30,842 nucleotides of DNA from a virus (taxonomy: Duplodnaviria; Caudoviricetes), in the IMG/VR virus record IMGVR_UViG_3300012953_000126, positions 1 through 30,842 of that record. One strand, 5' to 3'. A program made the position numbers and the translations under genes. Positions 20,701 to 28,548 of this stretch are shown here, one piece after another (the first letter of the stretch is position 1; each line of letters opens with the position of its first letter). The notes beneath the pieces are model-generated. The model ran no database searches and was not told where the DNA came from. It saw only the letters and a program-made list of their open reading frames with translations.

Positions 20701-23700
20701 AGATCACCAACTCTATAACCTGAACCTGAATTTAGAATTGTTAAATCTTCTATTTCACCTTTAGATACTGATTGTACTTGAGAAATTTGTCTAATAACTT
20801 CATTAGATTCTGCAAGAAAATCATTATCAGCAAATTTCTCACCAACATTATGTGGATATGTATTTCTTATTAAATTGGAACTATTAAAATCAAAATCATG
20901 ATCTAATTTTAGATTATCTTGAATTAGTGGTAATCTAAATGTTTTGCCTATAAAGTATGGATATGTACCAATAATTTTACCATTTAAATTTTCTTCTACA
21001 GTTGCAAAATAGGCATAAATCCCATTTGGAAATTCTGGTGTCTTACAAAATCTTCCATTATGAATATCTAAATCTCCAGAATTATCAAATATATAATCAT
21101 CAATAAAGAATCCAGCATCAAATCCAGAAGGTCTATTTTCAACTTTTGAAATATCTTTGATGTATGAAGATTTTATTATACGGATAGTTGAATTTATATT
21201 ATTTGGTTCTGAATATCCAAATGGACCGTAGATTGGATTTCCATCATATGCCCAACCTATGATTGATGAGTGTTTTGTTGGTTTATCGAATTCACCATTA
21301 TTTAAAGTATCAAACGTATCAGATTCTAAATTCTCTAGTAAATTCTGATTAACACCAATTACATTATAACTTAAAAAATCACTCCTTGGAACTAATATAG
21401 AATCTCCTTCCCTAAATTGATCGTTTAGTTGTAAACTTCTTACCGAAGTATCAAATACGCCTCTTATACCTCTAGGTACAACTTCTGCAGAAGTGCTTCT
21501 TGCACTATACCCTATGCCACTGTTAACGACTACAACATCTATTAGTTTACCATCCTCTATTACTGGTCTTACAGAGGCACCTACGCCCTCTCCTGTAGAT
21601 TTTATTTGTATATCTGGAGAGGAATTATACTCACCTCCTTGATCTGCTACGACTACATCTACTACTTTACCATTTTGAATTATAGGAGAAACAGACGCTA
21701 ATTTTCCAGACTGTATAGTAACGTTTGGATTTATTGTATTATTTAATATTTTAGAACCATAATCTGTTCCTTTTTCGTATAAGTAAACATCAGTAAATGA
21801 ACCAGTAACAACTGGAGTAATATTAAATGTACCAGTTACAGTACCTGAGTAAACAACTTCAAGATTTACCTTTATATCAGGATACTTGAATGTTTGATAT
21901 CCTGTTCCAGTTGATGTTAAATTAGCAAATTTAAGTCTATCAAAATCAGATGTAGATGTTCCACCAACTCCTGCATTTGATAATTTAAAGGAATTATCAT
22001 CAACCTTGATTACATAATATGATGATGTAGTTGTTAATCCCTGTATTGACTGAGGTAATGTTGTTCCTAAACCAATAGTTGGCAAATAATTTACCAAATC
22101 ACCATGTTTAAATCCGTGATTTTTAAAGTTAATAGTATCAAATGAAGTTGATATTCCAGATGGGTTTACTATTAAATTACGATATTCATATCCTTTGCCA
22201 GGATTCTTAACTTTAATACTGTTTACTGTATTTTTTGTTTCTGTTCTAAGAATATGAATTCCAGATGCTGCAGTATCAGTTGACAATCCTACAGTATTAA
22301 TACCACTTAAAGCATCATTTTGAGTATTGTAAAGTGTAATTGTTGTAGGATTAACGTATCTTATAAAATATGGATCTCCATTTGCGAGTGATCCAGTTAT
22401 TGTATTTGAACTATCAAATGCTGGACCGATACCGATAGAGGCATTACCATTATTTTGGTAATAAACTATTTGTCCAGTTTCTAAATTATGTTCAGTATTA
22501 AAGGTAATTGTTTCGTTTTCAATATCAATACTACCACCAAAAATTAAATCTCTACTATCAAAAGTCAACTCCCTAAATCTAGCACCTATAACTGCCTCTA
22601 ATTCGCATCCATCTCCATTTGCACCAGTCAATGATACACTCTTTATAGATTTAACATCAAATTCTTGTGGATCTATAAAGACGTGTTTAACCGAACCAGT
22701 TATAACTGGTTCTGCATATGCAGTATTACCTATACCTGTTTCAATTAATATCTTTGGTGGATTAATTATATCATAATCCTCTCCACCATTAATCAAATTG
22801 ATACTTGATAAACTTCCATATTCAATAAAATCTTCTGAAACAGGAGATCTAACTTCTACACCATTTTTTAATATACCAATATCAGTTATATTTTCATCAC
22901 CTGTAGATGAATCAAACAAACCTTGTGATAAAGGAATTCTTCTCAATATCTTATTTGCACTTATCTTCTTACCATGTTGTCTCAGTAAAGTAAAGGTATG
23001 CAAATCTTTTTCTGAAACACCTAAACCAACTTGTACGGTACTAGCAGTTCCTATTTGAGATCTAGAAGAATAAAGTGCTAATTTACTAATATTTGACCCA
23101 ACAGATGCTGGTTGTGGATCAACATAGTAAATAGTACCATCATTTAGACCTGGTGGAACATCTGATGCTTCACTGTTAGTAGAATTAGGGTCTTTAGAAG
23201 AGTTATAAACAACAGCATCTCCCTGTATAAACTTGATATCTCTGTTAGTATCAAAATGAAATTCTAAAAAATTATATAATCCAGTTATATTATCTTGACT
23301 ATCTCGGTCAAATGAAAACCTAAAGGAGGTATTTGCAAGACCAACTAATGTTTCTTTAATAACATCATCATCTATATTAAATTCTGGAAGTGAATTTGAT
23401 GCAACATATCCATTAGTATCACCATCAGTATATACATTAAGCACGTTTGAGACAATACTTTCATTTCCTTCTCTTATCTCAAGATTTGTACTTGTTGCCT
23501 TTTCAATCACTCTACGAATATCATATTCTTGTCCCTCAACAGGAGTAAATCCTAAGTTTGTAACTGTTATTTGATTTAAATTAATATCTACACTTGAAAC
23601 ATTAAATGTACCATCAACAGTTTGTTGATTTCTTCTAAGAACCTGAAATTCATCACCAACTTTAATAGAAGACTTATCAATTAAAGTATCTAATTGAATA

Positions 23701-25100
23701 GTTGCTCCACCTCCAGATGCTAGTATATCAACTTTAAATCTTGAACTTGTATTATAAATCCACGAATTTGCAAATTTTTCTTTGTAAGTTATACCATTAT
23801 TAAATATTTTCTGACCAAGATTCTTTACAAATATATTTTCACCTTCATTAACTAGAGTAACATTATCATCAACAACTAATTTGTTTAGTACACCCGTTAC
23901 TCTTAATTCAATTTTCTTTGATGAATCTCCATTTTCATATCCAAAAATATTAGTATTACTTCTAATATCATCTGCAGTGTTAATTTGATTTGTTATACCA
24001 CTGCATTCAAAGAATTGATTGATTGATTTTGATTTATAGTCAATAGTATTGACACCACTTACAATCGTTCCTGTTGTACCAAATCCAACTGTTGAGTCTA
24101 CAGATATAATTGATGAACCAGCAGATATATCATTCAATACCTTTGTGTTTGGATTGACCTTAAATATTCCCTGTATTAAGTCTCTATCACTATATCCAAC
24201 GAATAAAGACATTTTATAATATGTCTTACCTTCTCTATTAAATATTTCAACTTCAGATACAGATGCATTTGTTTCAAGGTCATCACTCTTGTATATTGTT
24301 TGACCAACTAAGTTTTGAGGTTCTCCATTTTCTGTAATTAACTCAACAACTATAACTTCTCTTCTTACAAATTCAGAACCAGAGGGTTTGATTAAATTAC
24401 TTTCAAGGTCAATAATTGTAGATTCAACACCATATAATACTTTAAATAATATTTTTACAGATTCTTCAATACCTTTTGATTGGTAGAAAGAACGAGCAAA
24501 CTTAACAAAGTTACCTACGTCTAAGTCAGATGTAAAATTAACATCCTCAAATCCTGGTAAAAATGTTTTCTTTAATTTTTTATAAAACTCTTGTATGAAT
24601 AATACAGATAAGTTCTGAACAGTAGAACCATTTACATGATTATCTGCTAATGTATCTTCAAATGTTAATTTCTCTCGGTTTACATCTATTAGAGATGAAG
24701 ATACTCCTACGTTATATCCCGTGACTCCACTGAATCCACGTATACATCCTGTAAACGATGTTGATGTTATTCCTGTATATGATATAATTTCATTATCAAT
24801 TTTAAGTAATCCATACTCACTAGGAAATCCTTTTGTACTGGGTACAGATATAGTTGCATCTGAAGAATCAATAGCAGTAGTAATTGATGTAATTCCTACT
24901 ACAACTTCTGGTACAAGATTATCTACTTTAATATATTGGTCAAAATTCTGAATTAAATCAGAGGGACCTCCTTGAAATTCTTGGGAGATATAATATTGTT
25001 TAAAAAATTCTATAGCGTTAGGAAAATCGCTTGTCACAAATCCTGGCAAGTGATTCTCAATAACAGTATTGACTTTTATTCTTTTGTCAAATTGTGACAT
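11796..25100 (-). CDS. gp7: Giant baseplate wedge initiator gp7 (4434 aa) with a YHYH-like domain and repeated beta-rich modules
   Basis: Lies between gp6 and gp8. N-terminal LPxFVxxDFP...FFKQYY and FYQSKGIEESVKILFKVLYG, conserved DNDYYQNLSYSVKS...VHPAGLKNF motif, and many GxGY-type repeats. Confidence 0.88.
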   Translation of the reverse strand: MSQFDKRIKVNTVIENHLPGFVTSDFPNAIEFFKQYYISQEFQGGPSDLIQNFDQYIKVDNLVPEVVVGITSITTAIDSSDATISVPSTKGFPSEYGLLKIDNEIISYTGITSTSFTGCIRGFSGVTGYNVGVSSSLIDVNREKLTFEDTLADNHVNGSTVQNLSVLFIQEFYKKLKKTFLPGFEDVNFTSDLDVGNFVKFARSFYQSKGIEESVKILFKVLYGVESTIIDLESNLIKPSGSEFVRREVIVVELITENGEPQNLVGQTIYKSDDLETNASVSEVEIFNREGKTYYKMSLFVGYSDRDLIQGIFKVNPNTKVLNDISAGSSIISVDSTVGFGTTGTIVSGVNTIDYKSKSINQFFECSGITNQINTADDIRSNTNIFGYENGDSSKKIELRVTGVLNKLVVDDNVTLVNEGENIFVKNLGQKIFNNGITYKEKFANSWIYNTSSRFKVDILASGGGATIQLDTLIDKSSIKVGDEFQVLRRNQQTVDGTFNVSSVDINLNQITVTNLGFTPVEGQEYDIRRVIEKATSTNLEIREGNESIVSNVLNVYTDGDTNGYVASNSLPEFNIDDDVIKETLVGLANTSFRFSFDRDSQDNITGLYNFLEFHFDTNRDIKFIQGDAVVYNSSKDPNSTNSEASDVPPGLNDGTIYYVDPQPASVGSNISKLALYSSRSQIGTASTVQVGLGVSEKDLHTFTLLRQHGKKISANKILRRIPLSQGLFDSSTGDENITDIGILKNGVEVRSPVSEDFIEYGSLSSINLINGGEDYDIINPPKILIETGIGNTAYAEPVITGSVKHVFIDPQEFDVKSIKSVSLTGANGDGCELEAVIGARFRELTFDSRDLIFGGSIDIENETITFNTEHNLETGQIVYYQNNGNASIGIGPAFDSSNTITGSLANGDPYFIRYVNPTTITLYNTQNDALSGINTVGLSTDTAASGIHILRTETKNTVNSIKVKNPGKGYEYRNLIVNPSGISTSFDTINFKNHGFKHGDLVNYLPTIGLGTTLPQSIQGLTTTSSYYVIKVDDNSFKLSNAGVGGTSTSDFDRLKFANLTSTGTGYQTFKYPDIKVNLEVVYSGTVTGTFNITPVVTGSFTDVYLYEKGTDYGSKILNNTINPNVTIQSGKLASVSPIIQNGKVVDVVVADQGGEYNSSPDIQIKSTGEGVGASVRPVIEDGKLIDVVVVNSGIGYSARSTSAEVVPRGIRGVFDTSVRSLQLNDQFREGDSILVPRSDFLSYNVIGVNQNLLENLESDTFDTLNNGEFDKPTKHSSIIGWAYDGNPIYGPFGYSEPNNINSTIRIIKSSYIKDISKVENRPSGFDAGFFIDDYIFDNSGDLDIHNGRFCKTPEFPNGIYAYFATVEENLNGKIIGTYPYFIGKTFRLPLIQDNLKLDHDFDFNSSNLIRNTYPHNVGEKFADNDFLAESNEVIRQISQVQSVSKGEIEDLTILNSGSGYRVGDLTSFDNTDTNGSGFSAEVSELVGLGVSSIETKLDRFEDLIFTWSDENTVNVGISTYIELNDNDFVFVSGLSTSIQNLTDSFNIGVSTSRVSLGKSMSFIANGLEAVEDIFVNKLPANTQSGNSLRISSGNSANDEIVTVLNVYNQQKIIRALRGPGAAHTFGSNVDLLNNRISIPVKTKRFDSQLNDVIYFNAPQSIGLGTDGGSISTNYVIGETVKSVSIPNRQIYLPNHSFVTGQKVKLNVPAVSNRQINVANTDDPSDNAGNFSIPYDSSDTSIDLFVIKKSENYIGLSTVSIGNTSEGLYFKSDGSAVSGINTHLYNLSSQFDQVTGDIDKIVSTVTTNVAAADTTTHNLQNGDIVSINVVPNHTVGIGNTNPIEVNYNAEYEKLLINPINFTNAGIETNRINIENHGFNTGDKVFYDGNAGLGTGSYFVYKVNSRFFQLAETFNDLSANPIKLIELTNNSGGSKQSIAPINPQIKVYKNSKIKFGLSTTTLAGFDFNIFYSNGENVFNSSQDSSSFNVGTAGTVGVGTDEYDTIGATLTLQPTASTPPVLYYGITKGGYISTADNEVQNYSQIIFLDSVYNGEYKISDITSETFNFSPKLPEFLTYNDTDCEKIEYSTKSTNVKGGIKKLKILSNGFNYKQLPIFKEVISAEGVNANLVTTSKNIGKIKNVRVLDIGYEYSADKTLQPEVYIPSILNVDNLDTVTGINIVNAGSDYTTAPNLILFNPASNQVVDSGSLQADVPNQSISFVQLVAPLNGLDSIQHKIFAVNNSNGIGINSIQSSSGGLVTCFLQTPFNGFVSPQPFAVGDEIYVEGIQRVGEAGGLTVQDGASGGEVLGEGFNSENHNYSFFKVQEYIPGSNTILKFSVAGVTTNPGIAKTFQSGYATIVNKNNYPELIPVQERGVFQQNEPLILNDENSDLTIVETRDDFIKLDGLEIIKKGDRITGRITGVSAEIVDLKPNLGRFEIDFSNRQEYGWIDNIGKLNDDIQVIPDNDYYQNLSYSVKSPITWDKFSNSVNGIVHPAGLKNFADTFVQSIVKVGIATENDKSVATIILDLVSDDNRVDAINNFDYVLDYNSLGNKSKSVIFSEKKLTNYNKCISNRVLLHDDISGEFSSVGFAANSSIIDEINGKVVNYLIQVVDPDTFDTQLTELVVLTKEDQIILLEKTSDTTGVGLNNIDGNLKLGEFETEITGTNSLLFNPVEKYIKDHDIKILKSSYDDNIAGISTNVVGSINLISANVGIASATTGFNTTTIVEFDKDTFNGLQANIFVQDSVTKEINYNEVILDFDGTNTTLSQIYSDDVSGITTNTVGILTARLENDLVKLQIENNRSTILDSKSSIVGLGTTTAGIGTHRFLAEGQPPEAERSVRFESTFNLGTSSDITYATINKSIDSSIKSLVKVSTGEISAIHQVTAIRDAEDVLVVQYPYVSLGSTSGIGSFTSVISGDDINLRFVPDSEFTDEVKVQAFNQVFYTASDFSNIPAILSYGNVDQEVLLSTYDGLEGERANKTKFDLKYQGTPIYTKTFNPDGVGLEKSTGIFTVSNHFFNTNEELEYTPDSSFIGVAATAISIGSTVNTAGITTDILPTTVFAKVISEDKFQLFPTKEDVVSGIAITVTGVGSGNIHKLNMTKKLSKTIIGLDGVVQQPVTFTSLTHTLDVNIGSATTQFALSGIGSISTFDVLKINEEFMKIIEVGFSSTSDGSGEIDDQLNISLGISTIPTVRVQRGSLGIGATPHNNSDIVRVHRGSFNIIDSTVHFIDPPKGNTRSRKTDTELPFVKADFSGRTFTRQDYSTNMLFDDISDNFTGLTTAYTLKVGGANTSAGIEVGNGVVFLNGVYQKPFTANSSGNNYEILADTTAGISTIRFTGITSENGQFIVSDSDINQNQIPRGGLIVSLGSTEGLGYAPLVGAKVRAEKNTSGELTGIVGIGTSSGFNIGIQTAVYDNLSGIITVTTNDVHGFALDRPTSVKLKGLEFVCPKTVVGTPTNATYNPATGVLVLTIANHGLVVGDAVILDTGSICFTCTQDSNNSTHCYPRATDPAAGQYLTITNKTTNTFRVNVGASAPGDQYAHTFVSAAANSVKTIGGGGYVGVTTTIFQDHERPLFVVGIVSERSFEVRAGASTIPHTYQGGGHAYEFYDDLTFGSGYRGGTVAIGVTDQAYVHKFVSAGIGSIRQSNFAGNAFTATDAVYTSHTGTLVLTIPSHGLTTSDTVGIDTGGLVFKCSKDNFFSDHPYPRSVSKTSFPNSDPIAGIQTAITATSTDTITLNVGQGGGGGTGAVVEATVGVGGTLSFSIVSAGTSYVNPRLIIPEPIYENLEVVGLSRLGVGATTDTGANLLLNVGVSAASTAVGIGSTLFGIKDFEISRSGYSFKKGDKFKPVGLVTAAHLSAPIQEFELEVLEIFNDKFSAWQFGEIDAIDSIKILQDGSRTRFPLFFNGELLSFEKVLTDPRSALIDLDSVLLIFVNGVLQKPGEAYQFQGGTTFIFTEAPSGESQPGINDHDSVDIYFYKGIDGIDVQIENVSQTIKIGDAIDIFKSEKASGITTSQTNSRIVKDILNTDLVDTDIYQGLGIDEVNEKPIRWTKQKNDLQINGSLVSKARSILEPQVYPTSKIIGDLSETSGIGVVASNSIFVDDAQSFFYEGKYGNSLLPDSVDALITSGEIGEVAEATATIGAGGTISSINITEGGSGYSGAVDIGIEAPSGVEKYVGIGTTATATVTVTNGVVTGADIINPGLGYDQQSSAPQVIIENPKFETERITGISNFEGFIGIITGITFVTGPALRFDFHAVTRNSDGGLTNATANILNVGYPVYIKDTKIGHGLTSVYQDNANVVGIGTTFLDNVYVVNAVDYSVGGSKGTITCNIHSNTGGWVDPLHVEGFFDPTNIGLTTSLGTINWGRLYGASSGVDVKRSSNPISIGVTGLTVNSGLTTFPTIQRKSYDNIGERGHRSSGSIRAVLS
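13870..14880 (-). repeat. Three related protein modules in gp7 (A-x-Y...G...(L/V)T...HG...FxC), approximate bounds
   Basis: TAVYDNLSGIITVTTNDVHGF...LEFVCP; NATYNPATGVLVLTIANHGL...ICFTCTQD...HCYPR; DAVYTSHTGTLVLTIPSHGL...LVFKCSKD...HPYPR. Confidence 0.75.
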
Positions 25101-25103
25101 AAA

Positions 25104-27050
25104 TTATTTCCTCTCTAAAACCCCATTTGAATAACTTGAGGTAAAGTAATCTCTAGTAAATACAACACCTGATACATCTTCTCCTGATGCGATAACGTCC
25201 TTCAACATATTTATCGAACTACTTGAAACGTCTAAACTGACAAATAGATCTTTTAATCCAATTACATCATTTGAGTCTGGAAATGCTTGAATTTCAATTA
25301 TATTGTTTTGTGCTACTGTTGATGTAATATTAATGGTGTTTAGTATCACCTCACCTTTCTTGTAATCAACTGCACCAGCATCTTTAAGTAAAACTTTGAT
25401 ATTGTTCTTTTCATCTCTAGTGACAACACTGATTGTACCTTTCATGTTTATGTCAAGATTTCCTGCAGCATCCTTATTTGGGATATCTGTCAAAAATGCA
25501 GTTGACGAACTTCCTGAAATAGTAAAACCTGTACTCTTAATATTATATCCAGATGGATTAATATGGAATTTATTACCAAAACATAATTCGTATTGTGCAA
25601 ACTGATCAATTAAAGCCTTTAAGTCTCTTCTTATTATAACTTTTGTGATATTTGAGGTGATACCATCATTAATTCGATCAATGAGTTGATTAACCTTACT
25701 ATACTTGAATCTTCCACCAAACTTATTCATCTCAACATTAGTAGCATAATTCTGCAAAGAGTTTATAACGTTTGTTCTTAAAGTAATTGGTGAACCTACT
25801 TTAGATGGGTCATAATAGACATTTGAATCAATTTCAACATAAAGTATTTTAAGATCAACTATCTCAGAGTTAATACCTGCAATCGCATAACTTTTTAATT
25901 TACTTTTAATTTGTGATTTATCAAAATCGGAGATAAAAGTACCATTTTTCGGTTTGATACTTATCTGAACTTTACCAAATTGCGGAGGATCTAATTCTTC
26001 TCCACCTATAACCGAAACAGAATCTGTTTGGGGGTAAATTTGATTAATTATTGCTTCATAATCCCTTGGTGTAACTGCTCTATATTGTGCTGAGTAAAGT
26101 CTTGGTGCAAAATACTTAATAGAGGACACATCTTCAACTTCAGACCCTCTAGAAGCGTTTGTAACAGTAGTGGTTGTTACAGTATCAGAGGGTGTAAAGA
26201 AAGTTCCATCATCTTTAGAGAATGTTCCTTGAAAATTAAAATTACTTGGACCGTTTCCATCTGGACCATCAGTAACAATATAAGTTGCAGTAACTATTGA
26301 ACCATTTTCCAATTTTTTACCGAAAAATCCATCTCCAAACAAAATTTCATATTTTTCATCTTGTACTTCTTGTGCAAGATAGATTTCTGAGTTTTTATTC
26401 AATTTTAATATATTATCAACTCTTGAATACTTTCTTCCTATTGTCGCTTGGTTTGGATCTGTGACATATACAACTAATGTTGATGCATCAATGTTCGGAC
26501 TATCAATAATAAATCTTTGATCTTGAGATGTATCAACTCGGTATGTTCTAGTTAAGTATGTTCCCTCGTAAATTGTAACATCATCATTAAACTGGGCAAA
26601 AGAATTGCTACCAATCGCTTTGACTGAACTTGAAGTGATAGTTTCAGGGATTGAAAATCTAAAAGTGGTATTATCGCTGTTACCAACACATACAAGACCT
26701 GCTCTTAGTGAAAGAAATCTTGGTGTGGCATCTGTTGTTGGACCTAAGTCAATATCATCTATCTTTATCGTTGCTGTTGCTGCTTTTCTTGAGCGAGGTA
26801 CATAACCAATGTTTCTTGCGAGTGAAATAACATTCTCTCTTATCGTTGCAGAGTCTAAAAAAGATTCATTTGCAACTAAGTTTGCATTAAATGAATTAAT
26901 ATAGGTATTATATGCGAGTGTATCGATTAAAACTGAAAAATTAGACCCCTCAAAGTCAAAATCAGAAAAATTTGAGTTTGATCGTAGAAAATCTTTGATT
27001 TGTACTTTGATATCTTCAAAGTCTAAGCTAGTATACTGAGTAAATGGCAT
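25104..27050 (-). CDS. gp6: Baseplate wedge subunit gp6
   Basis: LDFEDIK...FSDFDFEGSNFSVLIDTLAYNTY, ESFLDSATIRENVISLARNIGYVPRS and AQYRAVTPRDYE motifs. Confidence 0.95.
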   Translation of the reverse strand: MPFTQYTSLDFEDIKVQIKDFLRSNSNFSDFDFEGSNFSVLIDTLAYNTYINSFNANLVANESFLDSATIRENVISLARNIGYVPRSRKAATATIKIDDIDLGPTTDATPRFLSLRAGLVCVGNSDNTTFRFSIPETITSSSVKAIGSNSFAQFNDDVTIYEGTYLTRTYRVDTSQDQRFIIDSPNIDASTLVVYVTDPNQATIGRKYSRVDNILKLNKNSEIYLAQEVQDEKYEILFGDGFFGKKLENGSIVTATYIVTDGPDGNGPSNFNFQGTFSKDDGTFFTPSDTVTTTTVTNASRGSEVEDVSSIKYFAPRLYSAQYRAVTPRDYEAIINQIYPQTDSVSVIGGEELDPPQFGKVQISIKPKNGTFISDFDKSQIKSKLKSYAIAGINSEIVDLKILYVEIDSNVYYDPSKVGSPITLRTNVINSLQNYATNVEMNKFGGRFKYSKVNQLIDRINDGITSNITKVIIRRDLKALIDQFAQYELCFGNKFHINPSGYNIKSTGFTISGSSSTAFLTDIPNKDAAGNLDINMKGTISVVTRDEKNNIKVLLKDAGAVDYKKGEVILNTINITSTVAQNNIIEIQAFPDSNDVIGLKDLFVSLDVSSSSINMLKDVIASGEDVSGVVFTRDYFTSSYSNGVLERK

Positions 27051-27051
27051 A

Positions 27052-27453
27052 TTATCTTGTTGGTTCTAATAAAAAACTAAAGGACTGGGTAGGAACTTCT
27101 AATCCAGTTATGTCAAAAAGTATCTTTATCTCTATTTCGTTCTCATCTGGTCTTCCATCCACCTCTATATTAACATTAGATACTCTTGGCTCAAAATTAG
27201 CAATGGTTTCTCTAATTTGATCCTCAATAACATAGACAGTCGTTCTTGAGAAATTCTCAAATAGTGAATCACGAACGTCTGTACCAATTAAAGAGTTAAA
27301 AAACCGTTCAGTCGGTATTGTTTCAATTAAATTTCTCACTGATCTGGCAATTGCACGTTCATTAAGTAGCACAGGAAGGTCTTTTGTCACTGGATGTGGT
27401 GAAAAAGACAGACTTATATCCTTAAATGCTCTTGATTTGCGTTGAATCGCCAT
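27052..27453 (-). CDS. gp25: Baseplate wedge subunit / tail sheath initiator gp25
   Basis: FKDISLSFSPHPVTKDL...AIARSVRNLIETIPTERFFNSLIG...IANFEPRV matches the GPW/gp25 family. Directly upstream of gp6. Confidence 0.93.
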   Translation of the reverse strand: MAIQRKSRAFKDISLSFSPHPVTKDLPVLLNERAIARSVRNLIETIPTERFFNSLIGTDVRDSLFENFSRTTVYVIEDQIRETIANFEPRVSNVNIEVDGRPDENEIEIKILFDITGLEVPTQSFSFLLEPTR

Positions 27454-27471
27454 TATTGATACTTTTAGTTT

Positions 27472-27479
27472 TATTTATA
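27472..27479 (-). promoter_or_regulatory. T4-type late promoter TATAAATA driving gp25-gp6-gp7
   Basis: Plus strand TATTTATA, about 19 nt before the gp25 ATG. Confidence 0.85.
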
Positions 27480-27481
27480 CC

Positions 27482-27832
27482 CTATCTTGCATAATCTTTC
27501 ATTGTATAATCATCACTATCAAAGTAATCAAGTAAACTGAATGCTACTCCACGAGGATTATTATCACCACACGTTATAATATCAATCGCACATTCCTGTT
27601 TTTCTGGCCAAGTAGTACAAATAAGACGAGTCTCATTTAAATCAACAGTACAAGTTACTCCACAGAACCCAAATTTGTCAGTTGTTATGTTTAACACCTT
27701 TGCATTGTCATATTGACAAGCTCTAACACACCTTTCTTCAATTTGTTTTGCATCAGTTAACTTATCTGTATGTACATTGAATACTTCAAGTACAAAATGA
27801 AGATCCATGTATGGTCTTTTAACTTTCTTCAT
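27482..27832 (-). CDS. speD: S-adenosylmethionine decarboxylase (SpeD, class 1B) homologue with an altered processing site
   Basis: Family pattern H-x-x-L-E...KF..GVT....L.E[S>T][H>R]....TWPE...AIDIITCGD.NP and a 116-aa size. Catalytic competence is doubtful (see findings). Confidence 0.8.
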   Translation of the reverse strand: MKKVKRPYMDLHFVLEVFNVHTDKLTDAKQIEERCVRACQYDNAKVLNITTDKFGFCGVTCTVDLNETRLICTTWPEKQECAIDIITCGDNNPRGVAFSLLDYFDSDDYTMKDYAR

Positions 27833-28548
27833 CCTAATTCAGGTTCAATATTGATGTTTACAGTGCCTGGTGATGGTTCAAAAGGTTTTCTTTCTTCTTC
27901 GTTGCGTTCTTTTGATGTTTTCCAGAAATAATTATCCTCTGAACCCAATCCATCACGATCATGACCGTTTTCAACCTGATAATACACCGTTGAAACCTTA
28001 AAATCGGGCACTTTAGGTGTTTCTGGAGTCATACTATTGTCATAAATCCTCATTCTGTTGTTTGGATAGAGACAAAACTGCCCATTATCTAATTCCAAGA
28101 GATTATGAGACTTATGTTCAGCAGGTTGCTCACTGGTTGAGTAATCAACAGCATCTACACTAGCATGATAGTTGTCTAAAGTGCAGATATAGGTGCCTGT
28201 CTGGTTGCCAAAGTCTCTTGTATAGACTTCATAGTGCATTGAACCAACAAACTGCTTCTGAACAGCAACAACACCATAGTCCATACAGTTCCAGAACTGT
28301 AGATTATGTAAAGTCATATCAGGGTCAGGTATCTCTGGTGATGATAGAAATGCCGAAATGGGTAGTTTATCAAACATCGCAGCATATTCAGGTAAATACG
28401 TTTCAAAATAAAAGGCACGACCAGGAATGCTCTTGGCCGATACCCATACTCCTTTTACAAATTCACCGTGTCCACTCTTATGGTCAGTTAAGTACTCTTT
28501 TCGTACCCATACTTCGTAAGAAGGAAGATTCGTAATTAAGGTAGACAT
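27829..28548 (-). CDS. Conserved hypothetical phage protein (239 aa)
   Basis: Long ORF with coupled start and stop. Motifs VWVRKEYL, AKSIPGRAFYFE, KLPISAF, LQFWNCMDY, EHKSHN..ELDNGQF.LYPNNR resemble a family I recall from marine T4-like phages; function unknown. Confidence 0.85.
   Translation of the reverse strand: MSTLITNLPSYEVWVRKEYLTDHKSGHGEFVKGVWVSAKSIPGRAFYFETYLPEYAAMFDKLPISAFLSSPEIPDPDMTLHNLQFWNCMDYGVVAVQKQFVGSMHYEVYTRDFGNQTGTYICTLDNYHASVDAVDYSTSEQPAEHKSHNLLELDNGQFCLYPNNRMRIYDNSMTPETPKVPDFKVSTVYYQVENGHDRDGLGSEDNYFWKTSKERNEEERKPFEPSPGTVNINIEPELG

Noticed and set aside
2750-25100. Intein, intron, homing endonuclease or DGR target in the giant structural genes
   Set aside because: The frames are continuous. 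I saw no intein splice motifs, no LAGLIDADG/HNH/GIY-YIG ORF, no reverse transcriptase and no adenine-variant near-identical nucleotide repeat, though detection by eye is limited.
330-26805. Numerous plus-strand ORFs in the track (e.g. 1005-1814, 5325-5714, 6447-6956, 15733-16047)
   Set aside because: All lie antisense to long, motif-bearing minus-strand genes. Their Pro/Val/Leu/Ser-rich translations are the expected mirror of Gly/Thr/Asn-rich codons, with no promoters or family motifs.
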